Shown one piece after another: positions 12,880-25,950 of a stretch of 64,000 bases of DNA; the first letter of the stretch is position 1, and each line of letters opens with the position of its first letter. The stretch spans positions 173,416,001-173,480,000 of the forward strand of contig NC_086097.1 in the NCBI RefSeq assembly GCF_963921235.1, read 5' to 3'. A program made the position numbers and the translations under genes. The DNA comes from Mobula hypostoma (taxonomy: Eukaryota). Below the pieces are notes generated by a model. It saw nothing but the letters and a program-made list of their open reading frames with translations. It was not told where the DNA came from and made no database searches.

Positions 12880-13810
12880 AATTTAAATGTGAATTTATTT
12901 AAATCTTACATCCGTCCCATAATATGAGGGAGTAAAAATCTTTGTGTTATGTCTCTGTCGCAATGTACAGACATGTGAATTAATCAGTCTAATGGCTTGT
13001 AGCTGCTCCATAGCATGCTGGTCCTGGCTTTAGTGCTGTTGTACTGCTTGCCAGATGGAAGCAGCTTTATGGTTGGGATGACTGGTGTCCCCAATGATCT
13101 TCCAGCCCTTCTTTACGCACCTGCTGCTGTAAATGTCCTCAGTGGAGGGAAGTTCACATCCACAGATCCGCCGGGCTGTCCGTACCACTCTCTGCAGTGC
13201 CCAGCAATCAAGGTTGGTACACCTCCTGTACCAGGTGGTGATACAGCCAGTCAGGATGCTTTCAATGGTGCCCCTGTAGAAGGTCTTGAGGATTTGGGGG
13301 CTCACGCCGAATTTCTTCAGTTTCCTGAGGTGGAAGGGACGCTGTTGTGCTTTTTTCGCTGCACAACCAGTGCATAGAGTCCAAGTGAAGTGTAAACTGA
13401 GGAACTTGAAACTACTCACTCTCTCAACTGCAGTCCCATTGATGTAGATCAGGAGAAGCCTGTCTCTGTTCCTCCTGTAAACCATGATGAGCTCTTTTGT
13501 TTTTTGGACAGTGAGGGAGAGGCTGTTATCTCATCACCACTGTGTCAGGGTGTTAACTTCTCCTCTGTAGGCTGTCTCAACACTGCTAGAAATAAAGGCC
13601 AATCAATGTTGTTCTATCTGCATATTTGATCAGCAGATTGGAGCTATGTGGTAGCACAGTTGTGGGTGTAAAGGGAGTACAGGAAGGGACTCAGGACACA
13701 ACCCGGCGGGGGGGGGCAGCTGTGTTGAGGGTCAGAGGGCAGAGGTGAGGGAGCCCATCCTTATCACCCATCGGCAATCCAATAGGAAGTCTAGGATTCA
13801 GCTGCAAAAG
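12880..13810 (-). mobile_element. Rex1/Babar LINE 3' part
   Basis: ORF 13030-13485 gives INGTAVERVSSFKFL...KKAQQR..LRKLKKFG..FYRGTIESILTGCITTWY. Confidence 0.85.
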
Positions 13811-14977
13811 GTGTGGTGCAGGACACTTGAGTTAATGATGATTCCCCCCCCCCACCCCTCCAGAATCTATACTTGAATAACATGAATGGAGTTTGAAGTT
13901 TCAATAACATGTATTGAAGTTTGGTGACAACACTTTGGTAAATGGAAAATCATATTCTTGGGGGGGGGTGGTCGCAAAAATTTGCAGAAGAGATATTGGC
14001 AGGGAAGTTGATTGGGAAAAAAAAACTCTGAGGTAAATGGAATTCAACATAGAAAATTCTGTGTTTATCCATTTTGGACTTAACGAGAATTAGATCAATA
14101 GAACATGGAATTTTATCTCAAAGGGGTTGGATTAAAAATAACAGAAGAAATTGTGTTATAGATTATACCTCATTTCTAACAATTGGTTCATTTCTTGGTG
14201 CTTCTCAGTGCTCCTCCAACAGGGATTAAAGTTTCTTTATGTCCACAGGTTATCAGCATATAGATTAATATACCAAAATGAAGGGTGATCTAAATAGTAT
14301 TTAAGTGATTAAAGTAGATAAAAGCTGGTGGTTGGGAGAAAACATTTCCTCTGATAGGCAGTTGAGATAAGAATATTAAGGTCAGAAATAAGAAATTTAT
14401 GATGAAATCAAAACGAAATCTCTTTCTACAAAGGATCATACATTCTGGTCACACTCCAAAACCCTGCATTTTTAATGTTCACACTGGACATGGGTATTCC
14501 TAGGCAATAACATTTAAGCTTCATTCCTATTTGCCATTGAGAAAGTTCTGAATAGCTACCCTACACTGGAGGAGAAGTTATATCTACCTGCTAAATATTT
14601 CCAGAGTGACTGATCCAGCAAAGATGAACCGACAGGGACATATTTCCTGGTAACAATTGTGTACAAATTGTAAGGAAGCTTGGAGATGATGGAGGTGTCT
14701 GCTATCCTTCTCTTTCCAGCAGTTGTTAGTTTGTGAGTTTCAGCTGAAGAAACCTTGACAAGTTGCTGCTACCAATATCAGCTGGTACCGAGGGGAGTAA
14801 ATGCCAGCCACCTGATTTCTTCCAACCTGGTTGGCTCCAAGGCAGAGGGAATTAACATAATGGAGGATTCAACCATGTGAAGCCAAAACTTTGGCTCTAC
14901 TATGCTTGCACAATGGTTAACTCCTACTAATATTGTCATGAACAGATCATTTGCAATAAGATGTTAAGTAAGGACAA

Positions 14978-17263
14978 TTAATTTTAGCTTGAAATTTATA
15001 TCCTGGATTAAACTGTTATATCACTCCCCTGTAGCCTCGGTTCGTACTAACTCCTTAAACTCACCTTTTTTTCCTCTCTTTCGTGGTACTCGACAAGGCT
15101 GTCCTCTTAGTCCCCTATTATTTGATATTGCATTAGAACCTCTTGCAATTGCTATTCGAGAATCTTCAAATATTACTGGGATAACTCGGGGATTAAAGTC
15201 CCATAAATTATCACTCTATGCTGATGATTTACTTTTATATATTTCTAATCCTGAGAGATCCATTCCTGCTGTTTTAGAGTTATTAGCACAATTTGGTCTT
15301 TTCTCAGGTTATAAATTAAATCTTAGTAAGAGTGAACTTTTTCCGATTAATAAACATCTTCCCTTATATTATAAATTTCCATTTAAATTGATTAATAATT
15401 ACTTTTCATATCTTGGGATTAAAATTACTTGTAAACATAAAGATTTATTTAAGACTAACTTTTTACCATTAATAGACCATATTACTCAACTTTCATCTAA
15501 ATGGTTTCCCTTATATTTAACTTTGATTGGTCGTATTAATGCAGTTAAGATGTTTTTTTTGCCAAAATTTTTATATGTGTTTCAGGCATTACCAATTTTC
15601 GTTCCTAAATCTTTTTTTGATAAAGTTGACTCTAAAATTTCTTCATTTATTTGGCAGAATAAGAATCCGAGACTGGGTAAAATACATTTACAGAAAGCTA
15701 AGAGAGATGGAGGTTTAGCATTACCTAACTTTAGATTTTATTATTGGGCTATTAATATTCGACATATGAAATTTTGGTTACTTGACCGGGACATACTATC
15801 TATTCCTAAATGGGTAGCATTGGAATTACAATCTGTTCAGGGTTATACACTTGGTTCTATTTTAGGTTCCTCTCTTCCTTTTGATTCGAAACGCCTTAAG
15901 CAGGTCTCTAACCCGATAGTTAAATATGCTTTGCGCATTTGGTTTCAATTCAGAAAATTTTTTGATCTTAATCAATTCGGGTTAGCGATTCCTATTTTAG
16001 GTAACATATTTTTTCCTCCCTCTTTTACGGATCGCGCTTTTCAAACTTGGAAGACTAAGGGTATTTTACGGTTTTTGGATTTATTTTTAGATGGTTCCCT
16101 TATGTCTTTTGAACAATTATCTAATAAATATAACTTATCAAGAATACATTTTTTTAGATATTTACAAGTTAGAAATTTCCTAAGTACTATACTTTCTTCC
16201 TTTCCAATGCTTCCTCCTATATATATTTTAGATTCGATAATTAACCTTAATCCATGTCAGAAAGGTGCATCGGCTATGATTTATAATATTATTATGAAAC
16301 TTAGGAAAGCTCCATTTGATAAGATTAGGGTAGATTGGGAACAGGAATTGGGGCTTACCATTTCTGTGGATGATTGGGGGCAGATTTTACAATTAGTTAA
16401 TACTTCCTCTATTTGTGCTAAACATTCCCTAATTCAATTTAAAGTGGTTCATAGAGCACATATGTCCAAAGATAAGTTAGCGCGTTTTTACTCGCATATT
16501 AATCCTTTCTGTGATAGATGTTCGGGGCAGATAGCCTCTTTAACTCATATGTTTTGGTCTTGCCCTACTTTGGAAACTTTTTGGAGAGATATTTTCAATA
16601 TTATTTCTAAGGTATTAAATATAGATATCTCTCCTCACCCTATTACTGCTATCTTTGGACTACCTAAAATTTCTAGTAATCTTTCCCCTTCAGCCCGTAG
16701 AATGATTGCATTTCTTACTTTAATGGCGAAAAGATGTATTTTACAACATTGGAAAGAGCTTAATGCTCCAACTACCTTTTTTTGGTTTTCTCAGACGATT
16801 TTATGTTTGAATCTGGAGAAAATTAGAAGTAACCTTTATGATTCTTCATTTAAATTTGAACAGATTTGGGGACCTTTTATTCGATATTTTCATTTAATGT
16901 AATATTTACCCTTCTTGTTTTTTCTTCACTGTTTTAATGGAGGTCGGGATTGAGGACGTGATTTTAAGTTTAACTCTGTTTGGTTTCAAGTTAGCCCATT
17001 GCTTTGCTTTGCTTTTAGTTAGTTGCACGGTGGGTTTTTTTTTGGGGGTTTTTTTTTTCTTTTTTTTTCCATTGATATATATAAAATCTAGTATACTATT
17101 ATGTTATCTTGGTTTCTTATGCTTAAATTACATTGTTTGTAGTATTTTCTTTTTGGTATTGTTATCTTTTGGAATTTTATTATACTTTAACATTGTATTA
17201 ATGTTTATATGGCTTACCTTTTTTGTATACTTACTCAATAAAAAGATTTAAAAAGAAAGAAAA
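14978..17263 (+). mobile_element. Young 5'-truncated L1-clade LINE with 3' UTR, polyA signal, A-rich tail and TSD
   Basis: 8-bp TSD AAGGACAA at 14970-14977 and 17264-17271. AATAAA at 17237-17242, followed by an A-rich tail. Confidence 0.92.
14989..16902 (+). CDS. L1 ORF2 C-terminal half (RT and zf-RVT), uninterrupted but lacking its N-terminus
   Basis: 637 codons with no stop. Motifs RGTRQGCPLSPLLF, LYADDLL, FSGYKLN, YLGI, GGLALPN and CDRC-x8-H-x4-C. Probably not expressed, because the 5' end is truncated. Confidence 0.85.
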   Translation: MKFISWIKLLYHSPVASVRTNSLNSPFFPLFRGTRQGCPLSPLLFDIALEPLAIAIRESSNITGITRGLKSHKLSLYADDLLLYISNPERSIPAVLELLAQFGLFSGYKLNLSKSELFPINKHLPLYYKFPFKLINNYFSYLGIKITCKHKDLFKTNFLPLIDHITQLSSKWFPLYLTLIGRINAVKMFFLPKFLYVFQALPIFVPKSFFDKVDSKISSFIWQNKNPRLGKIHLQKAKRDGGLALPNFRFYYWAINIRHMKFWLLDRDILSIPKWVALELQSVQGYTLGSILGSSLPFDSKRLKQVSNPIVKYALRIWFQFRKFFDLNQFGLAIPILGNIFFPPSFTDRAFQTWKTKGILRFLDLFLDGSLMSFEQLSNKYNLSRIHFFRYLQVRNFLSTILSSFPMLPPIYILDSIINLNPCQKGASAMIYNIIMKLRKAPFDKIRVDWEQELGLTISVDDWGQILQLVNTSSICAKHSLIQFKVVHRAHMSKDKLARFYSHINPFCDRCSGQIASLTHMFWSCPTLETFWRDIFNIISKVLNIDISPHPITAIFGLPKISSNLSPSARRMIAFLTLMAKRCILQHWKELNAPTTFFWFSQTILCLNLEKIRSNLYDSSFKFEQIWGPFIRYFHLM

Positions 17264-19196
17264 AAGGACAAGTTTAGATGGACTTTTTTGGCATGTTTAT
17301 AGTGTCAAACCCTGCCACTGGCCCAGTCTGGCAATTGCACTTGGACATAAAAGTCTCCCACCCAGAGTACATTCATTGCTGCTGTTAACATTTTCTCCAT
17401 GTTCGGAACAAAGCTTAAGGAAAACACATTTATCAGCTGACATATAATAGCATGTGACAATCAAGATCCCCTCGCCCATGTTGTTGGTGCCAGGAGACTT
17501 GACAGGGTCCAGCCAGGAACACTTTATCCTAACCGAGGTGCACAGCCACCAAATTTGGCAAATTAGGACATAACCAAAGTTTGTTATGAAAGAGTCAAGG
17601 GCAACTGAAAATTTCAAATCCAAGAGATTTTTGATCATCAAATGTTTTAAAGATTACTGAACCATGATGAGTGGGTGGTGATAAAACACAGAATAGCAGA
17701 ATGAGCTTTGAAATACTCTTAGCTTTCCTAGTTGTAATCAGCAAGCTATTTTTGGAAAGTGTACATTTGGAAAGTGTGTATTTGTCTGCATGGAGATAAG
17801 AATAAATTTGGCTTTGATATTCTCCAGTTACATATTCTGCCAGAACTCTCCATTTGAAGTATGGGAAATTCTGCACAAAAGAGGTTTAAAAGGATGAAAT
17901 TTTAATGAGGAAAACACTTCCTATTAAGTACTCTTACAGCTGGGTATTATTAGCCGGGACTGAAGTGCAAGAACAGTTCTGAACATAGACAAGCAGCACA
18001 CTATCAATTGCGGCTAATTGCCTTTATTTAACCTTGCATATTTAGAATCATAATTCATACAGGCTTAGCTTCAGTGTGCATATTAAAAGTATGTCTCTGC
18101 TATATTTCAACATTGCTCTTTTAAAATAATGAATGTGATAAAAAAAAACTTTGAAGATGGTTTTTAAAAGTCAGGGTAACACTTTAAAGCATTTTGGAAG
18201 GTAAAGTACAAACAGCATTCTGTAAATTTGACATCATTTTGAATATCTCCAGAAGGACAGTTGAAAATACCTATTAACTTCAATGCCTTTACAATTACTG
18301 CGTTTGAGATAGAAACATCTCACTCTAATTATAGAGGTAGAAGCCTTCCCATCAAATAATTCTTGAGAAAGTGAATGAAATGTAAACCATACATAGAAGA
18401 CAGAATGAATTCATTACAATAGTATACCATGAACATTCTTTCCTAATGCTGGATAAAGTAGTACAAAAGCACTTTATTTACAGAGACAAAAATAGAAAAA
18501 TGTATTTAAATAACAGTGCAAGACTAATTTTTAGTCTGTAGCCTTCAGTATTTTGGCTCATATTTGAAGTAGTGTGTATATTTTTGTCTCTGTCCCTAAA
18601 GAAAGATAAGCCTGCCTCAGTATTAGTGCAGTACAGATTTGTTAATTGACTTCTGGCATGAGAGGCTTATCCTATGAAAGGAGACTGAATAAGTCTGGTC
18701 TGCACTGAATGGAGTCTGGAAAGAAGTTGGATATTGAGATTTGGATTTTCAATAGGTATTTGATAATGCATCACATCAAAGGTACCTGTACAAATAAGAG
18801 GTCAAAATGGTGAAGGTAGCCAGACTGCAGTAATGACTGCTGGACTGATCACTGCTTGATTCACTACTTTGTTCCATGCACCCGGCCCTCTGCTTCAGTA
18901 CAGCAACCAATGTAATTCAATGCCCCACCCACCCTGGACATTCTCTGTTCTTCCTGCTCCCCCTGCTCCCATCGGATAGAAGATACTAATACATGAAAAC
19001 CATGTACCTGGGCTCAAGGTCATCTCCTATCGCACAGTTATGACTATTGAATGGTCGCCTAGTACAATAAAATGGGCTCATTGACGCAACAACCTGTCAA
19101 GGCTAAGTATCTTATTGTCTACCTGCACTACTTTCTCTGTAACTGTAACACTTTATTCAGCATTCTTTTATTGTTTTACCTCCTACTACCTCAATG

Positions 19197-19547
19197 CTGG
19201 GTGGCAGGAGAGGTACATCTGTACCAAAGGAGCTGTAAGACATTCCTTCTCTCTGCTAGCGTGCAAGGTGTAGCAATCAGGGTCACATGAAGCTAGGGGA
19301 GCATGTGGTGGATGGTCATATGAGCAACTGGAGCACATCACAAGTCCTGGTTATGCGATCACTGTTGCCAGGCAGACGATCTCTGAAGAGTATTGATAAT
19401 GGCAAGGTTTACCCATCTTGTTAAGAAACTGCCCAGAAAAAGGTAATGGCAAACCACTTCTGTAGAAAAATTTGCCAAGAACAATCATGGTCATGGAAAG
19501 ACCTTGATCACCCAAGTCATATGACATGACATATAATGAGTGAACGA
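19197..19547 (+). mobile_element. SINE-like element with RTE/BovB-type segment, inserted in a Rex1-type 3' tail
   Basis: Imperfect 9-bp TSD acctcaatg/acctcagtg. Contains AATGGCAAACCACTTCTG...TTGCCAAGAA, a BovB/Sauria-SINE-like motif. A second copy is at 63845-64000 (-). Confidence 0.7.
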
Positions 19548-19659
19548 ACCTCAGTGGAATGTTGTAATGAAATGATCTGCATGGACAGCATGCAAAAAGA
19601 AAATGTTCAATGTACCTCAGTACGTTAAAGTTATCAGTGACCACAGCATTGTTGAATCC

Positions 19660-20760
19660 TTCAAGGCTATCTATTCAAAGGTAGGACCTCACAAGTGATC
19701 TGTCAACTCCCATCTTAAAAGGAACAAAAATGTTTACAGATCATGGCCTGCCCTGATGTTCACCTTTGAACTGATTCTTGGCTTTTCTTGCAAGAAGAAC
19801 CAGAATTGGTTTGATGAGAATGATCAGGAGATGAAGGGTTGATTATGTACACACATTAACCATTCTTGGATTGAAAGAAACAACTTGATAGGCAGCTGAA
19901 GACAGATGTTCAACAAAACAACCTGGGCTGGCAAGAATTGAAAGGCCTGCAAATTGTGAATATGGTGAGTATGTTTCCATTACAGGAGAAACTAGAATCC
20001 AAAAGTACAGCTCCCAATGAAGGGACATTTAAAATTGAGGGAAAATTTCTTCAGGAGGTGAATTCTGTAGAATTTATTTCTACAGAAGGCTTTAGAGGCC
20101 AAGTCACTGACATATCTAAGGCAGAGATTATTATGTTCTTGATTGGTTAGGGAGTTAAAGGTTACAGGGAGAAGACAAGAGAACAGTGTTGAACAGGACT
20201 TAATGGGCCAAATGTCTAACTTTACTCCAACAGTATTTCTTATGGGTTCATGGTGTTAAGTCTGCAGGTAAATCAGATCTCCAATACCCAAGGCTTAACC
20301 ACACTGAAAGTCAGAAAGTGCAATAACTTCATCAAAAACAGTGAGGTAATGTTGTTTACCAGTATTGCACTTCCTCTGCAGCTGTTATACTTTATTCTGC
20401 ATTCTGTTATTGTTTTACCTCAAAGCACTGATGTAATGATTTGATCTTTATAGCTGTATGCAAGATAAGCTTTTCACTATGTCTCAGTACATGTGAATAA
20501 TAAACTAACTCCAATTCCAATCTTCAGCAGCTGGAAGGGACACTTCAATGACTTTCACAACATCAACTCTGTCCATCCCACAGCCAAGACCTAGGCCAGT
20601 CTTGCTGCCACACACGGCTGACAAGAAACTGAGAAGCCCAATTTCAACCTCAGCAAAAACAAGATCATGAGAGCAGATGTCATCAGCGAAGACTTAAACA
20701 TTAACAGTAAAGAATTTGAATTACAAATTCATGGCCTCAGTGCCCACATTCACAAGACAT
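19660..20760 (+). mobile_element. Old RTE-clade LINE remnant split by CR1 (about 19900-20250) and Rex1 (about 20370-20520) tails
   Basis: aagaaccagaattggtttgatgagaatgatcaggag encodes KNQNWFDENDQE, an RTE linker motif. A RWxxHF-like motif resumes after 20520. Confidence 0.5.
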
Positions 20761-23287
20761 GCATATTGTGGAAAGTTATTGCTTTTGATTAATGGGTGGA
20801 GATCTAAGAACATGATTATTCTGTACTTCGCTTTCACTTCAGTTATAGAGAGGATAGCAACATCTACTGTTACAGGAATTAAATAAATCAATGAAAATTA
20901 TGAAGTTATGCAGAATTAGCTGGAATGAGCAGGCCTCCTAGATTAATGATTAGTTTCACATTCTAATAAACTTGGAGCATATATCAAATCATAAACATTT
21001 ATGATTTGAACAAATGCATTTAATGCATTTGTTTCTGTATCAAATCAAATACCTTTTCTGCCAGGTAAAAATTTTGTTCCACAAAACTATTTCCTTTGGA
21101 AATTAAATACTGAAATGACAGCATAGCTCTAATAGATGACAGCAAACAAAACCATATGCAAAAGCAAGCACTAATGACTTCTGTGTCTAGTGAAACCATT
21201 CTCACACTTCAGGACTTCACACTTCACTGACTTTATTGATTTCACATTCATTTTGCACCATTTATGTGATTAGCTCAGGAACAAAACATGTGGCTTAATT
21301 ATGAATTACATGTAAAGGCTTTAAACTAACTAGCACTGGCACTAAAATCAATTTGGAAATCAATTTTTAGCCTCTTTACAAAGCAGATTTCACCAGCCAA
21401 CGGTGTCATAATTGCAGCAATTTTTTAAACCTCCATGCCAAATTCAATTACTACAGGAAATACTTCAGTGCTTTACATCTGTTCCACAATACAGTAATTA
21501 TTAGTGGGATAAGTTTATTTTTTTCCCTGGAAAAGCAATCATTCTGTTTATACTACTTTGTACTCAGATTACTGCAAATTATACAACTGCTTCCATAATG
21601 ATTAGTCAATGCTTACTTATAATTATCCAATATTAGGAACAGACCAGACCTTCTAACTATTCAGTGAGCAACATTTTGATGAAAGGTCAACAGCCCAATC
21701 TGTTACCTGTTCTGTTTTTGGCGGATGTTGTTTGACCAACTTTACATTCTTGGTTGGTTATTTCACTGATATTTCAGGGAATGATTTTGGACAGTGTGTT
21801 TGCTTTAAAAAGCTGTTTATTTCAATTTTAAATTCAATCAAAACTTACAGTAGATCATATGCAGGTGGTCACTCTAAAGTACAGGCAACAGACAGCTAGG
21901 AGACCACTAAGAATTGCAGAAGGAGTAAGCAGGGACTATAAATTCCCTTGTGATCATTCCCCTCAGTTTTGTTACCCACCTGGAATATTTTACTTTCATT
22001 TATTGCCACTATACAGGTCTATGGCATCTTTTGGGGTCTTCATTTCTAAACAAAATAACTTAATGGAATAAACTAATTGACTGGAATCACTAGCTTTGGA
22101 ACCTGATATCTGGAATCTAGAGTCCATAATCAGATAACACCTATTGGTCCACTCATCTTAAACGTATGCATGCCTTGTCAATAACTTCTGAATCTTGTGC
22201 ACATTTATCACGCATGAGCCTTTCAACCCAAGTAAAAAAAATATGGATTCAAGATCATTGTAGTTTTTAAGAAATGATGTATTGTCCATCAAATAAAATA
22301 AGTAAACAAAGAACTAGAACCAGGAGAAACTGCAGATACTGGAAATTTTGAGCAACACATACAAAATGCGAGAAGAACTCAGCAAGTCAACGCTACAGGC
22401 CAAGATCTTCATCAGGTCTTGGCCCACAGATTTATAAGCCCACAGAAATAGATACAAAAATATCCAACAGTACTACTGGCTAAACAATTGTTCTCCTTGT
22501 GCTCTGTCCAATAATATTATGCCACAGTTTGCAAAACTATTTTGTGTCTAACGTGATTGCTCTACAGCAATTTAGGATGCTTTGGGACCATGGAAAATTA
22601 AGAATAAATTCAAATTTCCTTCCACACACTTAGATGTAATAATTAAGAAGCAGCAAATGTTTGCACAGCATTTTCGAAGTATATTAATAATGTACAATAA
22701 ATTGAACTGTTCATTTTTAAACATTGTGAGAATTGTAGTGTATAGAATATAATTTATCAGATAATGACATCATACCATCCTGAATCTCCCAGGAAACCAT
22801 GCCACTATTCTAATGGATCTTAAAAATAATTTTAAAAACTTGGCTCACAATCTGCTAATAACTTCCCAAAAACAAACACCACATATCGCAACAGAAAATC
22901 CTTGACTCCACGTTAAAAAATGAGAGTAAAAACAAAAACAAAATATGAGCAAAAACAACAACTGTTGCAGGACAGGGATGGGAGTAGAACCAAGCGAGTG
23001 AGTTCAACTCACAAGATGATCACTGCATCATTCTGACATAAAACTATTTCCGGAACACAAATACAGCAAAAACTACTCAAATTCATATTCCTGGATATCC
23101 CAAGGTGGAAATGGGACTTGGATTGATATGAACAAAACACAGGAAATTGGGCCTAACTGGGTTCACAACATGGTCTATGATTCTTTGAGGAACTAATTTT
23201 GGTTTCTTCTTTGTCAAAATAAACAAACTAAACATCACAAATTATAATGGAGAAGAAGTAAACCACGTTTGTTACTAAATGCATTAA

Positions 23288-24320
23288 ATCAGAATCAGAA
23301 TCAGGTTTATTGCCAGTGAAATAGACATGAAATTTGTTATTTTGTGGCAGCAGCATAGTAGGCATAACAAATTACCAGAAGTTAAAATAATAGTTAAATA
23401 AATAATGTGAAAGAGGAAGAGAGAGGTAGTGCTCATGATTTCATGGGCTGTTCAGAAAACTGATGGCAGAGAGGAAGAAACTGTTGCTAAAACACTGAGT
23501 ATGGGTTTTCAGTTAGAATGCTCTCCACTGTACATTTGTAGAAATTTGCTAGAGTCTTTGAGGACACACCAAATTTCCCCAACTCCTAATGAAATATAGC
23601 CACTGTTGTACCCTCTTTGTAATTGCATCAATATGTTGGGCCCAGGACAGATCTTCAGAGATGTTGACGCACAGGAACTTGAAACTGCTCACCCTTTCCA
23701 CTGCTGACTCCTCAATGAAGTCGGGTGACTCTTCTGCCGAATTTCCCTTCCTGAAGTTTACAATCAATTCCATAGTCTTGCTAATGTTGAGTGCCAGGTG
23801 ACTGCAACACTACTCAATCAACTGATCTCTTTCACTCCTATGTGCCTCCTCATCACCTTCTCAGATTATGCCAACAATAGTACTGTCATTGGTGAATTTA
23901 TAGATGATGTTTGAGCTGCGCCTAGCCACACAGTCATAAATATAGAGGAAATTGAGTAGTGGGCAAAGCATGCTTGCTTCAGATGCACCTGTGTTGATTG
24001 TCAGCGGGAAGGAGATGTTATATCTAATCCATACTGACTGTATTTTCCTGATGAGAAAGTCAAGAACCCACTTGTAGGGGGAGACATAGAGGCCCAGCTT
24101 TCAAAGCTTGTTATTTAGTATTGAGTTATGACAGTGTAGAGTGCCAGGCTGTAATTGATAACTAACAGTCTGTCATAGATTAATCCAGCTGTCCAGGTGA
24201 TCCAAAGCTCATTGGAGAGCCAGCAAGATAGTGTCCACTGTAAACCCGTTGTGTTGGTAGGCAAATGACAGTGCATTCAGTCCTTCATTCAGGCACGACC
24301 AACCTCTTCATGTAGCTTAT
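23288..24320 (-). mobile_element. Rex1/Babar LINE RT fragment with (ATTCTG)n tail
   Basis: ORF 23549-23773 gives ELIVNFRK..AVERVSSFKFL..EDLSWAQHI; tail atcagaatcagaatcag. Confidence 0.8.
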
Positions 24321-25950
24321 CACAGATCTTCCTCACTACTCACCTGCTATGTTCACTAATTGTCAGGAGATTTGTTTGTTCCCTTCCTGAGATAGTGAAA
24401 GCTCAAGTTCCACAACATTTAACTTCTCTGCTGAACATTGAAACTTGGTACAGATGGCAGTGTCATTGGGCCCCAAATGCAATTTTGCCTCAGCAAGAAA
24501 CAAAATGAGACTCTACCTGAAAACCAAATGGAGAGACTACTTCTTTTATTCAGGCATGCGTAAGTGTTTCACACAGGTCCATTTATAGCCCAATTCTAAT
24601 TGCTGTCGACATACGGACAATGAGTCAGCATCTTGAATCACTGTGCTTGGTGTCTAAGACAAGGAGATGTCTGGACAGAATAGATGGAGGGTGTTTTTCC
24701 CCTTAGAAGTAGAGTATTAGTGATCATAAGTATAAAATAAAGTGAAAGCGAATTAAAACTGACATGAAGAATACATGTTTACACTTATTTGGAAGGTACT
24801 ACCTGAAGATCAGGTCTTTGAGGAAGAAATGTGTACACATTGCAAGACCACTGAGAATGGACCACAGAGTGTAACTATAAGTTCCTCTGATATGGACCTA
24901 GGAATAGTTCTATGGGCCAATTGAATTCCATTAGCGTTATGCTCAATTTATAATTCTACAAATACATTGAAGGTGGAGCGTGGCAGACATTTAAACTACA
25001 AACAAACAAAAGAACAAAGGGAGGGCATGGGAAATTGAACGCAAAGCCAACACTGGACAAGTCATGATACAACTAAACTGTGAAGCAGGCTTGAAGGCCT
25101 GATTAGTTCACTCCTACTTTTTTATGTTCTCAAAATAAGTATGGGCCATTACCAATATATGCCTATGGAGGAGAAGCAATGCTCATATATAATTCTCCAC
25201 ATTTAGATGACTATCTCTTCTTGCAAAAATGGCTTACTCTCTCAGCCACACGGACAAATATTAATAAGGTGCCTTTGCATGCTGTGCACTGTCTAATGGA
25301 AGCCAGTCAGAAAACCATGCTTACTTAACCATGAAATACCAGAATGTGTCATAAAACATATTATAAATCACCACTATGAGAAATGGAAACTTTGACAGAA
25401 GTTACATAAAAAGACATATTGGCAATTTCATTTAAAATTCAAGTACTTAAAAATATTAACACTGTATTAGTGCAGCTGTATAAGCACCAATTTACCCATT
25501 TCATTGCTCCTTTGGTTTTATTACACCACTAATATAGTTTTCCCACTAGGGGAAGTGACCCAAATACTTACTTGGACATCTCTGCCAAACATATAAATAT
25601 AAATACAAACGTTTGTATATAGACTAGCATTATAAGATAAGGAAACAATAATGTACACTTGTACATTACTGTACAACACTTACAATGCAACAAGGTGCAA
25701 GGTTGCTTGCTGACTACAACAACCAAAGATTGCCTGAGCTATTTTCAGTAATATTTGCTGCCAATTCCAATTGAACATGCACTGTAATTTATTCTTTTAT
25801 GAAAATGGCCTGCATACAGACATCAATTAAGATTGACCAAAATGAAGTAACGTTGGTTGAAAATTAGAGACAATTTTGTTTTTAAGTTAATGTGGTTGAA
25901 AATATTTTCCCGTAGCCTGAATCAATAATTGTTATGACCATCATAAAGTA

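Noticed and set aside
13900..14790. Faint old LINE-like fragments (also 24550-25130)
   Set aside because: Similarity is too weak to name a family or set boundaries.
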